Below, one piece after another: positions 31,545 through 42,856 of a stretch of DNA of 64,000 nt. The stretch's first letter is position 1; each line of letters opens with the position of its first letter. The notes beneath the pieces are model-generated. The model was not told the origin of the DNA and did no database searches. It saw only the letters and a list, made by a program, of their open reading frames with translations. This DNA is from Saccharolobus islandicus REY15A (GTDB taxonomy: Archaea; Thermoproteota; Thermoprotei_A; Sulfolobales; Sulfolobaceae). The stretch lies in assembly GCF_000189555.1 (NCBI RefSeq), contig NC_017276.1. One strand, given 5' to 3'. The position numbers were made by a program, and so were the translations under genes.

Positions 31545-31890
31545 ATAAAATTATTACCTTTTCTCATTCTAATAAATTTTAGGACAGCACGAAATTAGTA
31601 AAAAACTTGGTTCTAACCTTCAGATAATTAAGTTAAAAATATTCACTTAGTTAATAACAAATGTTAAGATTGTTTAAGATGCGAAAAAATATCTAAAATG
31701 ATAACCATTATAAAATTTAGTAGAAAATAATCTCTTCTATAAAATAACGAGATTTTTAGATCCTATAATTTATCTATAATCAAGTTAAAAATTTTTCAGT
31801 TATATTGTAAAATTCTCTTCATTATGATAGAGTACTGTTTAACTTTTAATGAGTAAAAAATTTAAGGAAGAAACAAACGATTGGTAAAAT

Positions 31891-33174
31891 ATGAAGGAAG
31901 AAACAAAAGTTTCAATCGCAGCAATGATAGGTATAGCATTCGAATTCTATGATTTTTTGATATTCGGATTCGTAGCTGGCATCTTGGCTAACTTATTCTT
32001 CCCATCTGGAAATAAAATAGTGTCGCTTCTTGACACGTTTGCAGTATTTGCTACAGGCTTTGCTGGTAGACCGCTGGGGGCAATAGTGTTTGGTCATCTA
32101 GGTGATAAGATAGGAAGGAAATATACATTAATAATTACTATGACATTAATGGGGCTATCGTCATTATTTACGGGTTTATTACCAGGTTACGCTATATTAG
32201 GTGTTTTAGCACCCACGTTGCTGACGATTTTGAGATTACTTCAAGGATTTTCACTAGGAGGCGAATTTGGAGGAGGAATTACTCTCTCAGCGGAATTTGC
32301 AGAACCTGGGAAAAGAGCTTTTTATACCGGAATTGCTCAAATGGCCCAAGGTATAGGTCCGCTAATGGCTACTGGATTAATATTCGTCTTTAGTAGTATT
32401 ATGTTACCTAGTGCTTTCGCATCTATTGGTTGGAGAATACTTTTCATAATTGGCGCATTTATCGCAGTAATAGGAGTCATGATAAGACTAAAAATTTCTG
32501 AATCACCAGTATTCAAAAAAGTTAAGGAGAAGAATGAGATTTCTCATTTTCCACTAGTTGATGCTTTCAGAATTTATTGGAAAAGGATACTATTGGGTTT
32601 AGGATTCATAATAGGTGGTACCACAATGACATATGCTACTAGTGTTTTCGCATCATCATATTTAGAAAATGTAATAGGAGTACCTGCACGACTCGTTTCA
32701 TTAGCCTTGACTATAGGATACATCGTTGAGGCAATATCTATACTCTTGTTCGCAATGTTGGCTGATAAAGTAGGGAGAAAGCCATTAATGGTTGCAACTG
32801 CAGTAGGTTTATTAATCCTCGTATACCCATATTTCTTATTAATATCTACTGGCCAATTCTCACTAATATTGTTAGCTCAAATAATATACTCCGTTATAGG
32901 TTCAATGTCAACTGGTGCATATGCAACTGCCTTAACTGAGTTATTCCCAACCAAAGTAAGATATACAGCCTTATCCTTCGACTACCATGTGGGAGTAGCG
33001 GTATTTGGAGGAACCACGCCATTCATTGCAAGCTATCTGATTTACGCTACTGGTTATAAATTAGCACCTGTTTATTGGGGAATAGCTGGAATGATCTTAA
33101 CATTAATAGCTTATTTATTGTATAAAGAAACTAAAGGAACAGTATTTGAGGGACAAGAAGTATTGAAAAGATAA
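31891..33174 (+). CDS. MFS transporter, metabolite:H+ symporter (MHS) type
   Basis: FEFYDF, RPLGAIVFGHLGDKIGRK, GGEFGG, ESPVF. Confidence 0.92.
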   Translation: MKEETKVSIAAMIGIAFEFYDFLIFGFVAGILANLFFPSGNKIVSLLDTFAVFATGFAGRPLGAIVFGHLGDKIGRKYTLIITMTLMGLSSLFTGLLPGYAILGVLAPTLLTILRLLQGFSLGGEFGGGITLSAEFAEPGKRAFYTGIAQMAQGIGPLMATGLIFVFSSIMLPSAFASIGWRILFIIGAFIAVIGVMIRLKISESPVFKKVKEKNEISHFPLVDAFRIYWKRILLGLGFIIGGTTMTYATSVFASSYLENVIGVPARLVSLALTIGYIVEAISILLFAMLADKVGRKPLMVATAVGLLILVYPYFLLISTGQFSLILLAQIIYSVIGSMSTGAYATALTELFPTKVRYTALSFDYHVGVAVFGGTTPFIASYLIYATGYKLAPVYWGIAGMILTLIAYLLYKETKGTVFEGQEVLKR

Positions 33175-33183
33175 GGGATAATC

Positions 33184-34410
33184 ATGGAGCTAGCCATAAG
33201 AAACGGGATCGTTTTTAACGGAAAAGAAGTAATAGGAAAAACTAACATCTATGTGAGAGAAGGAAAAATTGTAGAAGTCTCTAGAGAAGATCACAGTGCG
33301 AAAATGGAAATTGATGCAAAAGACATGTTTGTAATGCCCGGATTAATTGACGCTCATATTCATCTTTCTGGAATCAAAGGTGGTAGTCTATTAAAAATAA
33401 TGTTTGAGAAACCAGAATATAGGGTACTTCGTGCCGCTAAATGGCTAGAAAAGCTACTGTTAGCTGGATTTACAACTGTCAGGGATTGTGGAGAAACAGT
33501 GTCTTTAGCCTTAAAGAGGGCTGTAAATGACGGAATTATAGATGGGCCTAAGGTAATTGCTGCCGGCAAACCTATTACACAGACTTTTGGACATGGGGAA
33601 TTAAGTCATGATGTACCGTTAGAGTTCTCAAAAACTATGAGCTTTTCTGAATTTTGTGACGGAATGGAATCATGTATTCACGCTGCCAGGAAAGTTCTAA
33701 GGGATGGTGCTGATTTCATCAAAATATTCGCAACTGGCGGAGTCCTATCACAGAGGGATACACCAGAACATCCTCAGCTAAGTTACGAGGAGATTAGGGC
33801 AATAGTTAACGAAGCTGAAAAAGTCAATAGTTACGTAGCAGCCCATGCTCATGGAGATAGAGGAGCAAGGATTGCAATAGAGGCTGGAGTAAAAACGTTA
33901 GAACATGGTACCTTACTTAAGGATGAGACGCTAAAGTTAATGAAGGAGAAAAACGTAACGTTAACCCCAACATTGACGATTCAAGAGTTAATATTCAAAT
34001 ATGGTAAACAGATCGGAGTCGATGAGTGGGGACTCCAAAAGATCACTTCCGTAAGGGAGAGTATTGCAAATGTTGTTAGAAAAGCTAAGGAGTATGGAGT
34101 TACGATAATAAGTGGTACTGATTTGGGTTTTGAAACGGGATTAGAGGAGATTGAAATGGGAAAGAATTGGATGGAGACTGTTTTACTTGTTGAAAGAGGA
34201 GGGCTGTCTCCAATAGAGGCTTTAAGAGCTTCAACTTATAACGCTGCAATGGCTATTGGAATTAACGCTGGTGTCATAGAGATTGGAAAAGATGCTGATA
34301 TCATAATTATTAATGGTGATCCAACGCAAAATGTGAGGGAAATATCTAAGATTACACATGTAATTAAGAATGGAAAATTAACGGTGGAGAATAAGTCAAT
34401 TAAGGGTTAG
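33184..34410 (+). CDS. Metal-dependent amidohydrolase (Xaa-Pro dipeptidase-like subgroup)
   Basis: MPGLIDAHIH, AGFTTVRD, IKIFATGG, AHAHG, EHG, SGTD. Confidence 0.9.
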   Translation: MELAIRNGIVFNGKEVIGKTNIYVREGKIVEVSREDHSAKMEIDAKDMFVMPGLIDAHIHLSGIKGGSLLKIMFEKPEYRVLRAAKWLEKLLLAGFTTVRDCGETVSLALKRAVNDGIIDGPKVIAAGKPITQTFGHGELSHDVPLEFSKTMSFSEFCDGMESCIHAARKVLRDGADFIKIFATGGVLSQRDTPEHPQLSYEEIRAIVNEAEKVNSYVAAHAHGDRGARIAIEAGVKTLEHGTLLKDETLKLMKEKNVTLTPTLTIQELIFKYGKQIGVDEWGLQKITSVRESIANVVRKAKEYGVTIISGTDLGFETGLEEIEMGKNWMETVLLVERGGLSPIEALRASTYNAAMAIGINAGVIEIGKDADIIIINGDPTQNVREISKITHVIKNGKLTVENKSIKG

Positions 34411-34457
34411 TTTTTTCCTTTTATAAACCTTTTAAGTTTTGAATGTATAATTAACTT

Positions 34458-35954
34458 ATGGCTAGTTATGAAGAAGTTAGGAGAAGTTTTTCGTGGATTG
34501 AAGTAATTAGATATTTAGATAAGAACACATTAGACGTTTTGACTTCTCATGACGGTATAGCAGTTAAGAGAGTCACTAAGAACGCTGTGGAGAAGATAAG
34601 CTTCTCAGATCTTAAAAGAAAAGCGTTAAGACTTGCCTTATATCTCAAGGAATTTCATAATGTTAAAAAGGGTGATGTAATAGCAGTATTAGCTTCAAAG
34701 AAGATTCAACAAGTCATAATACTTTTAGCAACTCTCTCCCTAGGAGCAATTTATCAACCATTATTTACTGCATTTGGGCCAGAGGCAATTAGGATGAGAA
34801 CTGGGGATGTAAAACCAAAAGTTATCTTTTGTCAAGACGATCAAAAGGATAAGGTAAATAATGCAATATCCTTCTCCAAGTTCGATGAATTATTAAGTTA
34901 CGGTGAATTGAAAGAGATTGAAAAAATAAATTGGGATGATGCGATAATTTTACTTTACACTTCTGGTACTACGGGAACACCTAAAGGGGCTCTAATCGCT
35001 AAGAGGCTACTTCTTAACACTTATGTCTACATGAAATATGGTATAGGTATTAGGGAAAATGACGTGTTTTGGAACCCCGCAGATCCCGGATGGGCTTATG
35101 GGTTATATTATGGTATAATAGGACCACTAATGTTTGGAAAAACTATAATCTTCCTTGACGAACCATTTAACCCAGAAAGGACAATGGAGTTCATGGAGGA
35201 AAATAAGGTTACTAATTTTGCTTTCGCACCTACGGCATATAGAATGATAGCTGGAACGGTTAAGAAGAAGTATGATTTAGTATTGGAAAGAGCTAGTTCT
35301 GCAGGTGAACCACTTAACCCAGAAGTTATAAGATGGTTTATGGATAAGTACAGTGTTACTATCAAAGATCATTATGGACAAACTGAAGTTGGAATGGTAG
35401 TTTATAACGGCTGGGGATATGACGCAAAAGTAAAAATAGGGAGTATGGGACTACCTGCACCTGGTTATGAGGTCGATATAATAGAGGATATTATAGGTGT
35501 CAAGAGAGATTCTCCAGGTTTCCACTTCTTGGGATATCTAAACAATCCAGAGAAGACCAAGGAATCATTTCGAGGCGATTGGTACTTGACTGGTGATAAT
35601 GCGTATAGAGATGAGGAAGGATATTTATGGTTTGTTGGAAGGAAGGACGATGTGGTTAAGGTATCTGGTTACAGGATAGGTCCATTTGAAGTTGAGAGCG
35701 TACTTCTAGAATTTCCCGCAGTACTAGAATCTGCTGTTGTTGCCGATGAAGATCCAATACGAGGACATGTATTACATGCTTATATTGTACTCAAAAGTGG
35801 ATATACTCCAAGTGAGGAACTAAAGAAGGAGATTATTGATTTTGTAAATACTAAATATTCTAGACACGTACATCTAGAAAGGGTTGACTTTGTTGATAAA
35901 TTACCAAAGACTGAGAGTGGCAAAATACAAAGGTATCTACTTAGAAAGAAATAA
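34458..35954 (+). CDS. AMP-forming acyl-CoA synthetase
   Basis: YTSGTTGTPKG, YGQTE, GR.DD..K.SGYRIGPFEVE, PKT.SGKI. Confidence 0.92.
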   Translation: MASYEEVRRSFSWIEVIRYLDKNTLDVLTSHDGIAVKRVTKNAVEKISFSDLKRKALRLALYLKEFHNVKKGDVIAVLASKKIQQVIILLATLSLGAIYQPLFTAFGPEAIRMRTGDVKPKVIFCQDDQKDKVNNAISFSKFDELLSYGELKEIEKINWDDAIILLYTSGTTGTPKGALIAKRLLLNTYVYMKYGIGIRENDVFWNPADPGWAYGLYYGIIGPLMFGKTIIFLDEPFNPERTMEFMEENKVTNFAFAPTAYRMIAGTVKKKYDLVLERASSAGEPLNPEVIRWFMDKYSVTIKDHYGQTEVGMVVYNGWGYDAKVKIGSMGLPAPGYEVDIIEDIIGVKRDSPGFHFLGYLNNPEKTKESFRGDWYLTGDNAYRDEEGYLWFVGRKDDVVKVSGYRIGPFEVESVLLEFPAVLESAVVADEDPIRGHVLHAYIVLKSGYTPSEELKKEIIDFVNTKYSRHVHLERVDFVDKLPKTESGKIQRYLLRKK

Positions 35955-35958
35955 AAAA

Positions 35959-37440
35959 TTAAGGCTCCATTTTCACCTCTCTTCTTCTCCTCTCTAATCC
36001 TAAATATATTGCTATGCTCAAAAATAATCCCAGATACCAACCATAGTCATATAGCAAGGATAGTTTAGGAATTAGAAATCCTATTACCGGTACAGAGAAC
36101 CCTATGATCATTGCAACTAACGCATTTACGTTATAGCCTGACACATACCAATATCTTCCATTTGGCTTAAATAGATCTGCAAGTTTAATTTCAGTTTTTC
36201 CTAATATCCAGTAGTGGGCTATCATGACTCCGGCAACAGACCCTAGACCGGCACCAATCAAATTTATCACATTTTCTATACTTGAAGCGTTATTGTACCA
36301 TAACCATGGGGCGTAAAGTAAACCCAGAATTGCAGATACAATAGCTGATTTAGACCACGTGTTAAGCTTCTTTGGGAATAAACTTATCAAGTCGTAAACG
36401 GGTGATACAATATTTGCTGCAACGTTAACTGAGATTGTTGCAATAACTAGACTGATTCCTAAGATTAACGTTATGTAAGGATTGTCAGTAAAGAGATACA
36501 TTATATTTACTGGGTTTACATAATTAATTGCGTCATTACTTGGAATATTGTAAATATAAATTACTGCCGATGTTAACCCGACTGCTATGAAGCTGAAAAG
36601 CAACGTAAGTATAGGTAGACCAACAGTTTGTCCTATTAGTTGGTCCTTTTGGCTTCTAGAAAATCTCGTAAAGTCCGGAATGTTTAGGACTAGGGTTGCC
36701 CAAAAACCTGCCATTGTGGATATTGCTAAGGCCATGTTAGGTAATGAAACGTTATTCCCCCTTATTTGAAACAATGATGATAGACCATTTGCATGAGTAA
36801 TTACGTGAATCATCAAACCTCCTAAGATTATTATTACCAAGGGACCAGCAATTAGTTCAAATTTCTTTATATCATCCATTCCCTTAAATAAGACTAATAC
36901 GTTAAGGAACCAAAAGAGGAAGAACGAAATTGCCAGATGGAGTGGCATTCCTAAGAGGTATGCTGAGATTGTTGACCATGAGGGATAAAAGATTGAGATG
37001 AGCGCATCTAATATTAGACCGCCAGCATAGGTCTCAACGGAGAACCAAAACAATGCTGAAATTGCCCTCATTATTACTGGTATTCTAGCACCCCTTATTC
37101 CGAACATTGGTCTAATTGATGAGGGGAATGGAATTCCCCATTTTGTACCTATATGCCCATTTAAGTATAGCGCTATTACCAAGGTAAAGTAGGCTATTGT
37201 GATGATCATTAATGCTATTAGTGGGCCGAACTCAAATGTTAATAGCCCAGCAAGCATAAATGCGGGGACGTTATGTATCATTCCAGCCCATATGGTAGCA
37301 TAATTTACCCATGTCCATGTTTTTGCGCTTTTAGGAAGCGGTGCTATGTTTGGATTATAGTAACTGTCTGGTACTACAGTCGTTCCTTGATTATATTCCG
37401 TTAAGTCTAAATTAACGTGGTTTATTTCTTGTTCTGACAT
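35959..37440 (-). CDS. NCS1-family nucleobase:cation symporter
   Basis: WAGMIHN, GIPFP..R..FG..G, WATLVLNIPDFTRF, NVAAN. Confidence 0.92.
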   Translation of the reverse strand: MSEQEINHVNLDLTEYNQGTTVVPDSYYNPNIAPLPKSAKTWTWVNYATIWAGMIHNVPAFMLAGLLTFEFGPLIALMIITIAYFTLVIALYLNGHIGTKWGIPFPSSIRPMFGIRGARIPVIMRAISALFWFSVETYAGGLILDALISIFYPSWSTISAYLLGMPLHLAISFFLFWFLNVLVLFKGMDDIKKFELIAGPLVIIILGGLMIHVITHANGLSSLFQIRGNNVSLPNMALAISTMAGFWATLVLNIPDFTRFSRSQKDQLIGQTVGLPILTLLFSFIAVGLTSAVIYIYNIPSNDAINYVNPVNIMYLFTDNPYITLILGISLVIATISVNVAANIVSPVYDLISLFPKKLNTWSKSAIVSAILGLLYAPWLWYNNASSIENVINLIGAGLGSVAGVMIAHYWILGKTEIKLADLFKPNGRYWYVSGYNVNALVAMIIGFSVPVIGFLIPKLSLLYDYGWYLGLFLSIAIYLGLERRRREVKMEP

Positions 37441-37835
37441 CTTTCAGTATTGCTAAAAGGGGGTATATAAATTAAACTGATTAAAAGAGAGAGTAATTTT
37501 TAATCTAATTGTGAATTAGGAAATACCAGAAATCTCCAATATTCTCTAATTATATTTCTCTAATTTACTAGAGTCGATGTAACTAGATAAGAGGAAAAAC
37601 GACTTATACGATATTATATATACATTATTTATGCGGTGTGTTTTTTGACATATAATAATTCTGAGAAAAAATTGACAATTCATCCTAGTTCATCTCTCCT
37701 GAGGTCACCAATTCAGTAAGAGTTCAATCCCGCATTTACTAACTACGAAATCATTACCTCTCAAACTGTACGATTAGCGTACGTTTCTTTAGATATTACT
37801 TTAAAAAGACCTATCTTATTTCGTAAATAATTTGT

Positions 37836-39686
37836 ATGACAAGCGTCAGTAACTCCGATAAGTTGTTAAGGAAAGAGTTGGGCCTCTTGGATCTAACCTT
37901 TTTATCTTTAAGTGCAATGATAGGTTCTGGTTGGTTACTAGCTTCCTTAAGCGTGGCATCTATAGCGGGGCCATCTGGAATTTTATCTTGGATAATAGCT
38001 GGGATAATGGTAATGTTTATAGGGTTAGCTTATGCCGAACTTGGAAGTTCAATACCTAAAACTGGTGGTATAGTTAGATATCCAGTTTATTCCCACGGAA
38101 GTTACACTGGATTTGTCATAGCATTTCTATATCTTCTCTCAGCAATCTCTACACCTTCTATAGAAGCTTTAGCAACAATCGAATACTTAACTAGTGTAAA
38201 CCCCACTTTGAGTAAATTGCTTACTAACTCAACAGTTGTTAACGGCACACCAGTTACTATATTAACGCTTCCCGGATTATTGTTTTCTATTCTTTTACTA
38301 TTTATCTATTTCTTAGTAAATTATTACGGTATAAAGATCTTAGGGAAAACGAATTCTGCCATAACAGTTTGGAAATTGATCATACCAGTTGTTACATTTA
38401 TGTTACTATTTTTCGCATTTAAATCAAGTAATTTTACAAATTATGGAGGATTATTTCCGAAAAGTGTTGCATCAAATTATGTTGGTCCAGTTGGTATGCT
38501 GTATGCAATACCCTCGGCTGGGATAATCTACTCGTATTTAGGATTTAGACAACCCATAGAGTATTCTGGAGAGGCCAAAAACCCTGAAAAGAACGTATGG
38601 AGAGCCATAATTCTCTCAATAGTAATTGCCATACTAATTTACACTTTCCTACAAATAGCTTTTATAGGTGCAATAAATTGGGTATCTGCTGGAGTAACGC
38701 CAGGCAATTGGTCAGCATTGCTAAATAGCAAGTGGGCTAACAGTCCATTCTACAGTGAGCTGGAAGCTGAAGGTCTAGCAATAGCTGGAGCTTGGGGATA
38801 TGTACTTTTAATAGATGCGGTTCTATCTCCCAGTGGAACTGGACTAGTTTATACTGGGACATCAGCTAGGACGCTTTACGGGTTATCAGCAGAAGAATAT
38901 TTCCCACTAATATTTAAAAAATTAAATAGCTATAGAATCCCTATATGGTCCTTAATCGTATCCTTAATAGCCAGTATCATATTCCTACTTCCGTTTCCAA
39001 GTTGGTATTTATTAGTTGGATTCAACTCCTCAGCTACTGTACTTACGTATATTATGGGCGGTATAGGTTTACAAACCTTGAGAAAAACAGCCCCTGATTT
39101 AAAGAGAGGAATTAAGATACCGTTTGCTAGTATAATAGCACCAGTTGCTACAATAGTTTCCTTGCTAATAGTGTATTGGTCAGGGTTTACAACATTGTTT
39201 TATATCATCTCTGCTTTATTTATTGGAATTCCAATCTTCTGGATAAATTATGCTGTGAAGATTCTAGGGCTAAAGAAATGGATTGGTATTAGCTTAGGAA
39301 TATCACAACTAGTTGTAAATATCATATTAACTATAATCGGATATTATAGCCTAGTTTTGAATAACGATAATCCTATACTATACTTTGCACTATTTATATT
39401 AATGGCGTTAACACCCCTAGTAGTTGCTTATCTAACTGTAAACACTAATGAGAAAGTACACCTTAAGAGTGGATTTTGGCTTATGGGCTTAATTATTACA
39501 ATTTACATTATCAGTTATCTTAGTGAGTTTGGACCATCAAGCAACTCTGCTCCTATAAGATTCCCTTATGATATTGCAATAATTTCGATAATAGGTATAA
39601 TATTCCATTATTTAGCAGTTTTAAGTGGTTTTAGAACCAGGGAAATAGAGGAAATTATTGAGGATCAGAAGGAGAGAAGAGAATAA
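37836..39686 (+). CDS. APC-family amino acid permease
   Basis: MIGSGWL, YAELGSSIPKTGG..RYP, GFRQPIEYSGEAKNP. Confidence 0.92.
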   Translation: MTSVSNSDKLLRKELGLLDLTFLSLSAMIGSGWLLASLSVASIAGPSGILSWIIAGIMVMFIGLAYAELGSSIPKTGGIVRYPVYSHGSYTGFVIAFLYLLSAISTPSIEALATIEYLTSVNPTLSKLLTNSTVVNGTPVTILTLPGLLFSILLLFIYFLVNYYGIKILGKTNSAITVWKLIIPVVTFMLLFFAFKSSNFTNYGGLFPKSVASNYVGPVGMLYAIPSAGIIYSYLGFRQPIEYSGEAKNPEKNVWRAIILSIVIAILIYTFLQIAFIGAINWVSAGVTPGNWSALLNSKWANSPFYSELEAEGLAIAGAWGYVLLIDAVLSPSGTGLVYTGTSARTLYGLSAEEYFPLIFKKLNSYRIPIWSLIVSLIASIIFLLPFPSWYLLVGFNSSATVLTYIMGGIGLQTLRKTAPDLKRGIKIPFASIIAPVATIVSLLIVYWSGFTTLFYIISALFIGIPIFWINYAVKILGLKKWIGISLGISQLVVNIILTIIGYYSLVLNNDNPILYFALFILMALTPLVVAYLTVNTNEKVHLKSGFWLMGLIITIYIISYLSEFGPSSNSAPIRFPYDIAIISIIGIIFHYLAVLSGFRTREIEEIIEDQKERRE

Positions 39687-39996
39687 TTGAAAAAATGTTA
39701 TTTCGAATCTTAATGGAAACTTTTTAATAAAGAAATTATGCCTTATTTTAGGTCGAAAAATCATGCTAAAATAATGAAAAGTAGAAACTGTTTATTACAA
39801 TAGTTGTGAGTTTCCAAACAATTTCTAAAAAGCAAATAACAACTAAAAATCATTTATTACATTTTGGTAGCATATCAATTAATAAATTCCCTTTTTATAT
39901 CGTTTTGACTTTTTCACCTAAAGAAAATTGTGAGTTAAGAAAATTTTAAAGCTGTGCTGGAATAAATTTTTATTCCGGGAAAACGAATTTATATTG

Positions 39997-41256
39997 ATGG
40001 AAGAAGTTCTTAGTTCGAGTCTGTATACTCAACAAGTCAAAAAGTTATATAAAGTCGGAGAATTATTGGGTCTTGATAACGAAACTTTAGAAACGCTTTC
40101 TCAGCCCGAAAGGATAATTCAAGTTAAGATACAGATTAGAGGGTCTGATGGTAAATTAAAGACATTTATGGGTTGGAGGAGTCAGCACAACTCGGCTTTA
40201 GGCCCATACAAGGGTGGAGTTAGGTATCATCCTAATGTTACGCAAGATGAGGTAGAAGCGTTATCTATGATAATGACGTGGAAGAACTCATTACTATTAT
40301 TACCATATGGAGGAGGAAAAGGCGGAATTAGAGTAGATCCTAAAAAGTTGACTAAGGAAGAACTAGAACAGTTGTCGAGAAAGTTTATCCAAGCTATTTA
40401 TAAATATTTAGGTAGCGAATTAGATATCCCAGCCCCAGATGTGAACACAGATTCACAAACCATGGCATGGTACCTAGACGAATACATAAAGATAACTGGA
40501 AATGTTGATTTTGCAGTATTTACTGGGAAGCCAGTGGAACTAGGTGGAATAGGTGTTAGATTATACAGTACTGGACTTGGAGTTGCTACCATAGCTAAGG
40601 AAGCTGCGAATAAGTTTATAGGAGGTATTGAGGAAGCTAGGGTAATAATTCAAGGCTTCGGAAATGTTGGGTATTATGCAGCTAAATTCCTAAGCGATAT
40701 GGGAGCTAAAATAGTAGGAATTAGTGACTCTAAAGGTGGAGTAATTAATGAGAAAGGTATAGATGTTGGAAAGGCTATGGAAATAAAGGAGAAAACTGGA
40801 AGTGTGACAAATTATCCTGAGGGAAGAAAAGTCACAAATGAGGAATTACTAATATCGGACTGTAATATATTAGTACCTGCAGCGCTTGAAAACGTCATAA
40901 ATAAGTTTAATGCTCCCAAGATTAAGGCTAAGCTTATTGTTGAGGGTGCAAATGGTCCATTGACTGCTGATGCAGATGAAATAATGAAACAAAGGGGTAT
41001 AGTAGTTGTGCCAGATATACTTGCTAATGCTGGTGGAGTTGTTGGAAGTTATGTAGAGTGGGCTAATAATAAAATGGGTCAAATAATAAGTGATGAAGAG
41101 GCTAAGAAGATTATAGTCGACAGAATGAACAATGCTTTCAATACGCTATATGATTATCATCAAAAGAAATTAGAAGATCAAGATCTGAGAACTGCCGCAA
41201 TGGCACTGGCTGTGGATAGAGTAGTAAGAGCTATGAAAGCTAGAGGTCTATTATAA
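39997..41256 (+). CDS. gdhA: Glu/Leu/Phe/Val dehydrogenase (glutamate dehydrogenase)
   Basis: [43 protein letters not shown]. Confidence 0.95.
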   Translation: MEEVLSSSLYTQQVKKLYKVGELLGLDNETLETLSQPERIIQVKIQIRGSDGKLKTFMGWRSQHNSALGPYKGGVRYHPNVTQDEVEALSMIMTWKNSLLLLPYGGGKGGIRVDPKKLTKEELEQLSRKFIQAIYKYLGSELDIPAPDVNTDSQTMAWYLDEYIKITGNVDFAVFTGKPVELGGIGVRLYSTGLGVATIAKEAANKFIGGIEEARVIIQGFGNVGYYAAKFLSDMGAKIVGISDSKGGVINEKGIDVGKAMEIKEKTGSVTNYPEGRKVTNEELLISDCNILVPAALENVINKFNAPKIKAKLIVEGANGPLTADADEIMKQRGIVVVPDILANAGGVVGSYVEWANNKMGQIISDEEAKKIIVDRMNNAFNTLYDYHQKKLEDQDLRTAAMALAVDRVVRAMKARGLL

Positions 41257-41482
41257 CATTTTCCCTTGGGCTTAATCCTAGACCCCTTAAAGAGAAAGAT
41301 AAGATAGGATAATAATGAAATAAAGAATAGAGCTTGATTAGAGTTCAACTTTCATAATTTATTACTTAGCCCCTTAAATGTATAAGTTTTACTAATTTTT
41401 GATCACTTAATATCATTAGCATAAATTGATAAAATGTCAGTAAAATAATGTTGGTAAAAACGTTACTGTTAACGTTAGTTAC

Positions 41483-42802
41483 GTGAACTACCACGCCCTA
41501 ACGGACGTGGCTTCCTGCTTCACAGCCGAGGCTTGCCAAAGGTAGAGGTCTCAGCTCCACAGGCACTAAGGGTCGTTCCGACCCCGATCTACTCAGAATA
41601 TTAAGAGAAGCATTATAATCACGATCTACAGTCCAACCGCAGGAAGGACAGACAAACACACGATCAGCCAAAGCCAAGTCCTTCTTAACGTAACCACACC
41701 TAGCACAAATCATTGAAGTAAAAGCAGGATTAACAAAACGAATCTCCTTACCATACTTCCCAACTTGATACTCCATGATACTCCTAAACTCATGAAAAGC
41801 AACATCGTGTAACCTCATCCTCAGCCTTCTGAGAGACTTACCAACAATTTGCTTAACATGAATATCCTCCATTACGAGAACATCATAATACTCAGCAAAA
41901 TACTTCCCCAGTTTCATGTACATATCCATCCTCAGGTTCTTCAAGTGCTCATAAGCCCTTGCAAGCTTAATCTTCGCCTTAAACCAGTTGTGTGACAAGA
42001 ACTTCTTCCTTGAAAGAGCTTTATGAAGCCTCTTCATCTTGTTGAGTGCCTTCTCGTAAGGCCTCATGTTTGGCACGTATTCCCCGTCAGAGGTAGTGAG
42101 AAGTTTCTCCACACCAACGTCCACAGCAACAACTTTGTTTGTCTTGGGGAGTTGAGGATACTCTTGATCCACAACGAAAGTGATGTACAATCTGCCTGAA
42201 GGTGCCAGCTTGACTACTACCCTCTCCACTTTTTCCAGTTGGAAATCCCTATGAACAACGACGTTGAAGATACCTAGGTTTGAAAGCTGAAGCGTCATTA
42301 CCTTCTTCTTGTTCTTCTTGCTTTTCGTCCTTATTTCTCTCACCTTCATGACTTTCCAACCTGACTGAGGGTAGACTAGTGAGTACCACTTGTGTGCTTT
42401 CTTTTCCTTGGGGAAGTGTGCTAACCCTTCGAAGAACCTCTGTCTAGCGTCGTAGAATCTGTCTGCGATCTGTTGTAGTGTTTGGGAATATAGATGTTGA
42501 TATTGTTTATCCTGTTTTCTTAGATCGAGAGCTAGTTGTCTCAACTCCGTCTTAGTGAGTCCTTTTCCGTCTCTCTCATGAAAATAGATGTCTGCCCAAC
42601 GTAGGGTGTTGTACACTTCACACGCTAACCTCAATTGGGCTTTTAACGCCCTCAATGTTTGTTCGTCAGCGTAAGCTCTAAAGCGTAACCCTACGTCAGA
42701 CATTAATAGAATATTTGAAAAAGAATTATTTAAATATAAGGGGGCTATCCATCCCCTCCCTCACGGAAGGGGTCTTTCGCCCCCTTTGAACCCCTTGTTA
42801 AG
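41483..42802 (-). mobile_element. IS200/IS605-family tnpB-only element, 1320 bp (ISC1316-like), copy 2
   Basis: Near-identical to 13928-15247 (about 9-10 substitutions seen by eye); target TTTAT at 42803-42807. Confidence 0.92.
41498..42703 (-). CDS. tnpB: RNA-guided endonuclease TnpB
   Basis: Same protein as 13943-15148 except two His/Tyr swaps; RuvC residues intact. Confidence 0.95.
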   Translation of the reverse strand: MSDVGLRFRAYADEQTLRALKAQLRLACEVYNTLRWADIYFHERDGKGLTKTELRQLALDLRKQDKQYQHLYSQTLQQIADRFYDARQRFFEGLAHFPKEKKAHKWYSLVYPQSGWKVMKVREIRTKSKKNKKKVMTLQLSNLGIFNVVVHRDFQLEKVERVVVKLAPSGRLYITFVVDQEYPQLPKTNKVVAVDVGVEKLLTTSDGEYVPNMRPYEKALNKMKRLHKALSRKKFLSHNWFKAKIKLARAYEHLKNLRMDMYMKLGKYFAEYYDVLVMEDIHVKQIVGKSLRRLRMRLHDVAFHEFRSIMEYQVGKYGKEIRFVNPAFTSMICARCGYVKKDLALADRVFVCPSCGWTVDRDYNASLNILSRSGSERPLVPVELRPLPLASLGCEAGSHVR

Positions 42803-42856
42803 ATAAAGCATTACTATAACAATATTTAAATATAACATGGTACTACCCTTTTACCC

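Noticed and set aside
37715-37740. GAGTTCAATCCCG resembling a tRNA T-arm
   Set aside because: No acceptor, D or anticodon stems can be folded around it
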